Shown here: one piece after another, positions 63,169-64,000 of the stretch
Numbering within the stretch: position 1 is the stretch's first letter
Layout: the number at the start of each line of letters is the position of its first letter
Assembly (NCBI GenBank): GCA_964395305.1
Contig: CAYNBM010000001.1
Span: 248,402 to 312,401 of the forward strand
Direction: 5' to 3'
DNA length: 64,000 nucleotides
Origin: an uncultured Rubritepida sp.
Lineage (GTDB): Bacteria > Pseudomonadota > Alphaproteobacteria > Acetobacterales > Acetobacteraceae
Program-made: the position numbers and the translations under genes
The notes under the pieces: generated by a model
What the model saw: the letters and a program-made list of their open reading frames with translations, nothing else
The model's database searches: none
What the model was told of the DNA's origin: nothing

Positions 63169-64000
63169 ATGAAGAAATTACTCCTGGCGATGATTCTGCT
63201 GGCGGGTGTCGCAAACGCGCAGACCCTGCGCATCGGCATGGCGGCGCAGGATGTCGGCCGGCTCGACCCGCATTTCGCCGTCTCGACCATCGACCGCGTG
63301 GCGGTGGCCTGGATGTTCAACGGCCTGGTGCGCTTCCCGCCCGGCAGCATCGACCCCTCGAAGATCGAGCCGGACCTGGCCGAACGCTGGGAAAGCTCAG
63401 CCGACGGCAAGACCTGGACCTTCTACCTCCGCCGCGGCGTGCAGTTCCATGGCGGCTTCGGTGAGCTCACCGCCGATGATGTGGTGTTCAGCCTGCGCCG
63501 CGCCGCCACCGCCTCCAGCTCGGCCTTCTCGGCCGATTTCCGCGCCTTCGAGACGATCGAGGCGGTCGACTCCCATACCGTGCGGATCGTGCTGCGCGAA
63601 AACGTGCCCAGCTTGCTCGGCATCGTCACCAATTATTCCGGCGGCTATATCGTCAGCCGCCGCGCGGCGACGGAGCGTGGCGATGGCTTTGCGCGTGCCC
63701 CCATCGGCACCGGTCCCTTCGCGCTGGAGCGGGTGACGCCCAATGCATCGGCCGAGCTGGTGGCCCATGCGCAGTATTTTCGCGGCAGCCCGCAGATCCA
63801 GCGCATCTCCTACCGCTTCATCCCCTCCGACGCCTCGCGCGATCTGGCCTTCCAGAACCGCGAGCTCGACATCAATTACGGCCGCGCCGACCAGACCTGG
63901 GTGACGCGCAACCGCGCCCTCCCCGGCGTCACCGTGGATGTCTTCGAGCCGGGTGAGCTGACCATCCTCAACCTCGACACCACCCGCCCGCCTTTCAACG
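63169..64000 (+). CDS. ABC transporter substrate-binding protein, family 5 (partial; runs off the window)
   Basis: Hand translation from the ATG at 63169 gives MKKLLLAMILLAGVANAQTLRIGMAAQDVGRLDPHFAVSTIDRVAVAWMFNGLVRFPPGSIDPSKIEPDLAERWESSADGKTWTF, open to position 64000. It is absent from the ORF track because there is no stop in the window. Paralogue of 53502..54995. Confidence 0.85.
   Translation, partial: MKKLLLAMILLAGVANAQTLRIGMAAQDVGRLDPHFAVSTIDRVAVAWMFNGLVRFPPGSIDPSKIEPDLAERWESSADGKTWTFYLRRGVQFHGGFGELTADDVVFSLRRAATASSSAFSADFRAFETIEAVDSHTVRIVLRENVPSLLGIVTNYSGGYIVSRRAATERGDGFARAPIGTGPFALERVTPNASAELVAHAQYFRGSPQIQRISYRFIPSDASRDLAFQNRELDINYGRADQTWVTRNRALPGVTVDVFEPGELTILNLDTTRPPFN

Overview
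This is a visibly GC-rich window (GC not computed), densely packed with about 63 protein genes and one tRNA. It looks like ordinary chromosomal DNA from an alphaproteobacterium. That placement is an inference from the bamD-recN-ligA and gyrA-coaD-ppi neighbourhoods, the abundance of TRAP/ABC transporters, and 4-nt start/stop overlaps.

Gene content, left to right:
- an orphan Fe(III)-type ABC permease
- a coiled-coil protein plus three glycosyltransferases and a hydrolase
- a TRAP transporter divergent from an N-acyl-D-amino-acid deacylase
- a flavin reductase and a chemoreceptor
- a 2-hydroxyacid dehydrogenase
- an SDR-hyuA-[vapBC]-hyuB-SDR operon
- two tandem TauE/TSUP exporters
- a racemase / epimerase / DapA-like trio
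- a sugar ABC system whose binding-protein and permease genes are separated by a 245-bp nested-palindrome element
- gyrA, coaD and two cyclophilins
- tRNA-Lys(UUU)
- an oxidoreductase, an ABC exporter, RidA and an MFS transporter
- bamD, recN, two GNATs and ligA
- an NtaA-type monooxygenase
- a lemA-M48-ABC exporter operon
- a long, translationally coupled operon carrying two tandem HcnABC/opine-oxidase-like flavoenzyme modules, bracketed by paralogous family-5 binding proteins.

I saw no rRNA, CRISPR array, transposase, integrase or phage genes. Apart from VapB, I recognised no transcription factor.

Nothing here convincingly resembles a known or new defence system. The observations most worth following up are:
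- the duplicated three-component dehydrogenase locus
- the vapBC cassette wedged between hyuA and hyuB
- a 55-nt repeat that starts exactly on the TAG stop codon of two unrelated genes and flanks a 3.3-kb segment in inverted orientation
- a promoter-like site pointing into a structured convergent intergenic region (candidate sRNA)
- the MITE/BIME-like intercistronic element.

All homology statements come from motif recognition by eye, not from database searches. Most long GC-rich antisense ORFs in the track are treated as artefacts. The right-edge gene (63169 onward) is open-ended and is absent from the ORF track.
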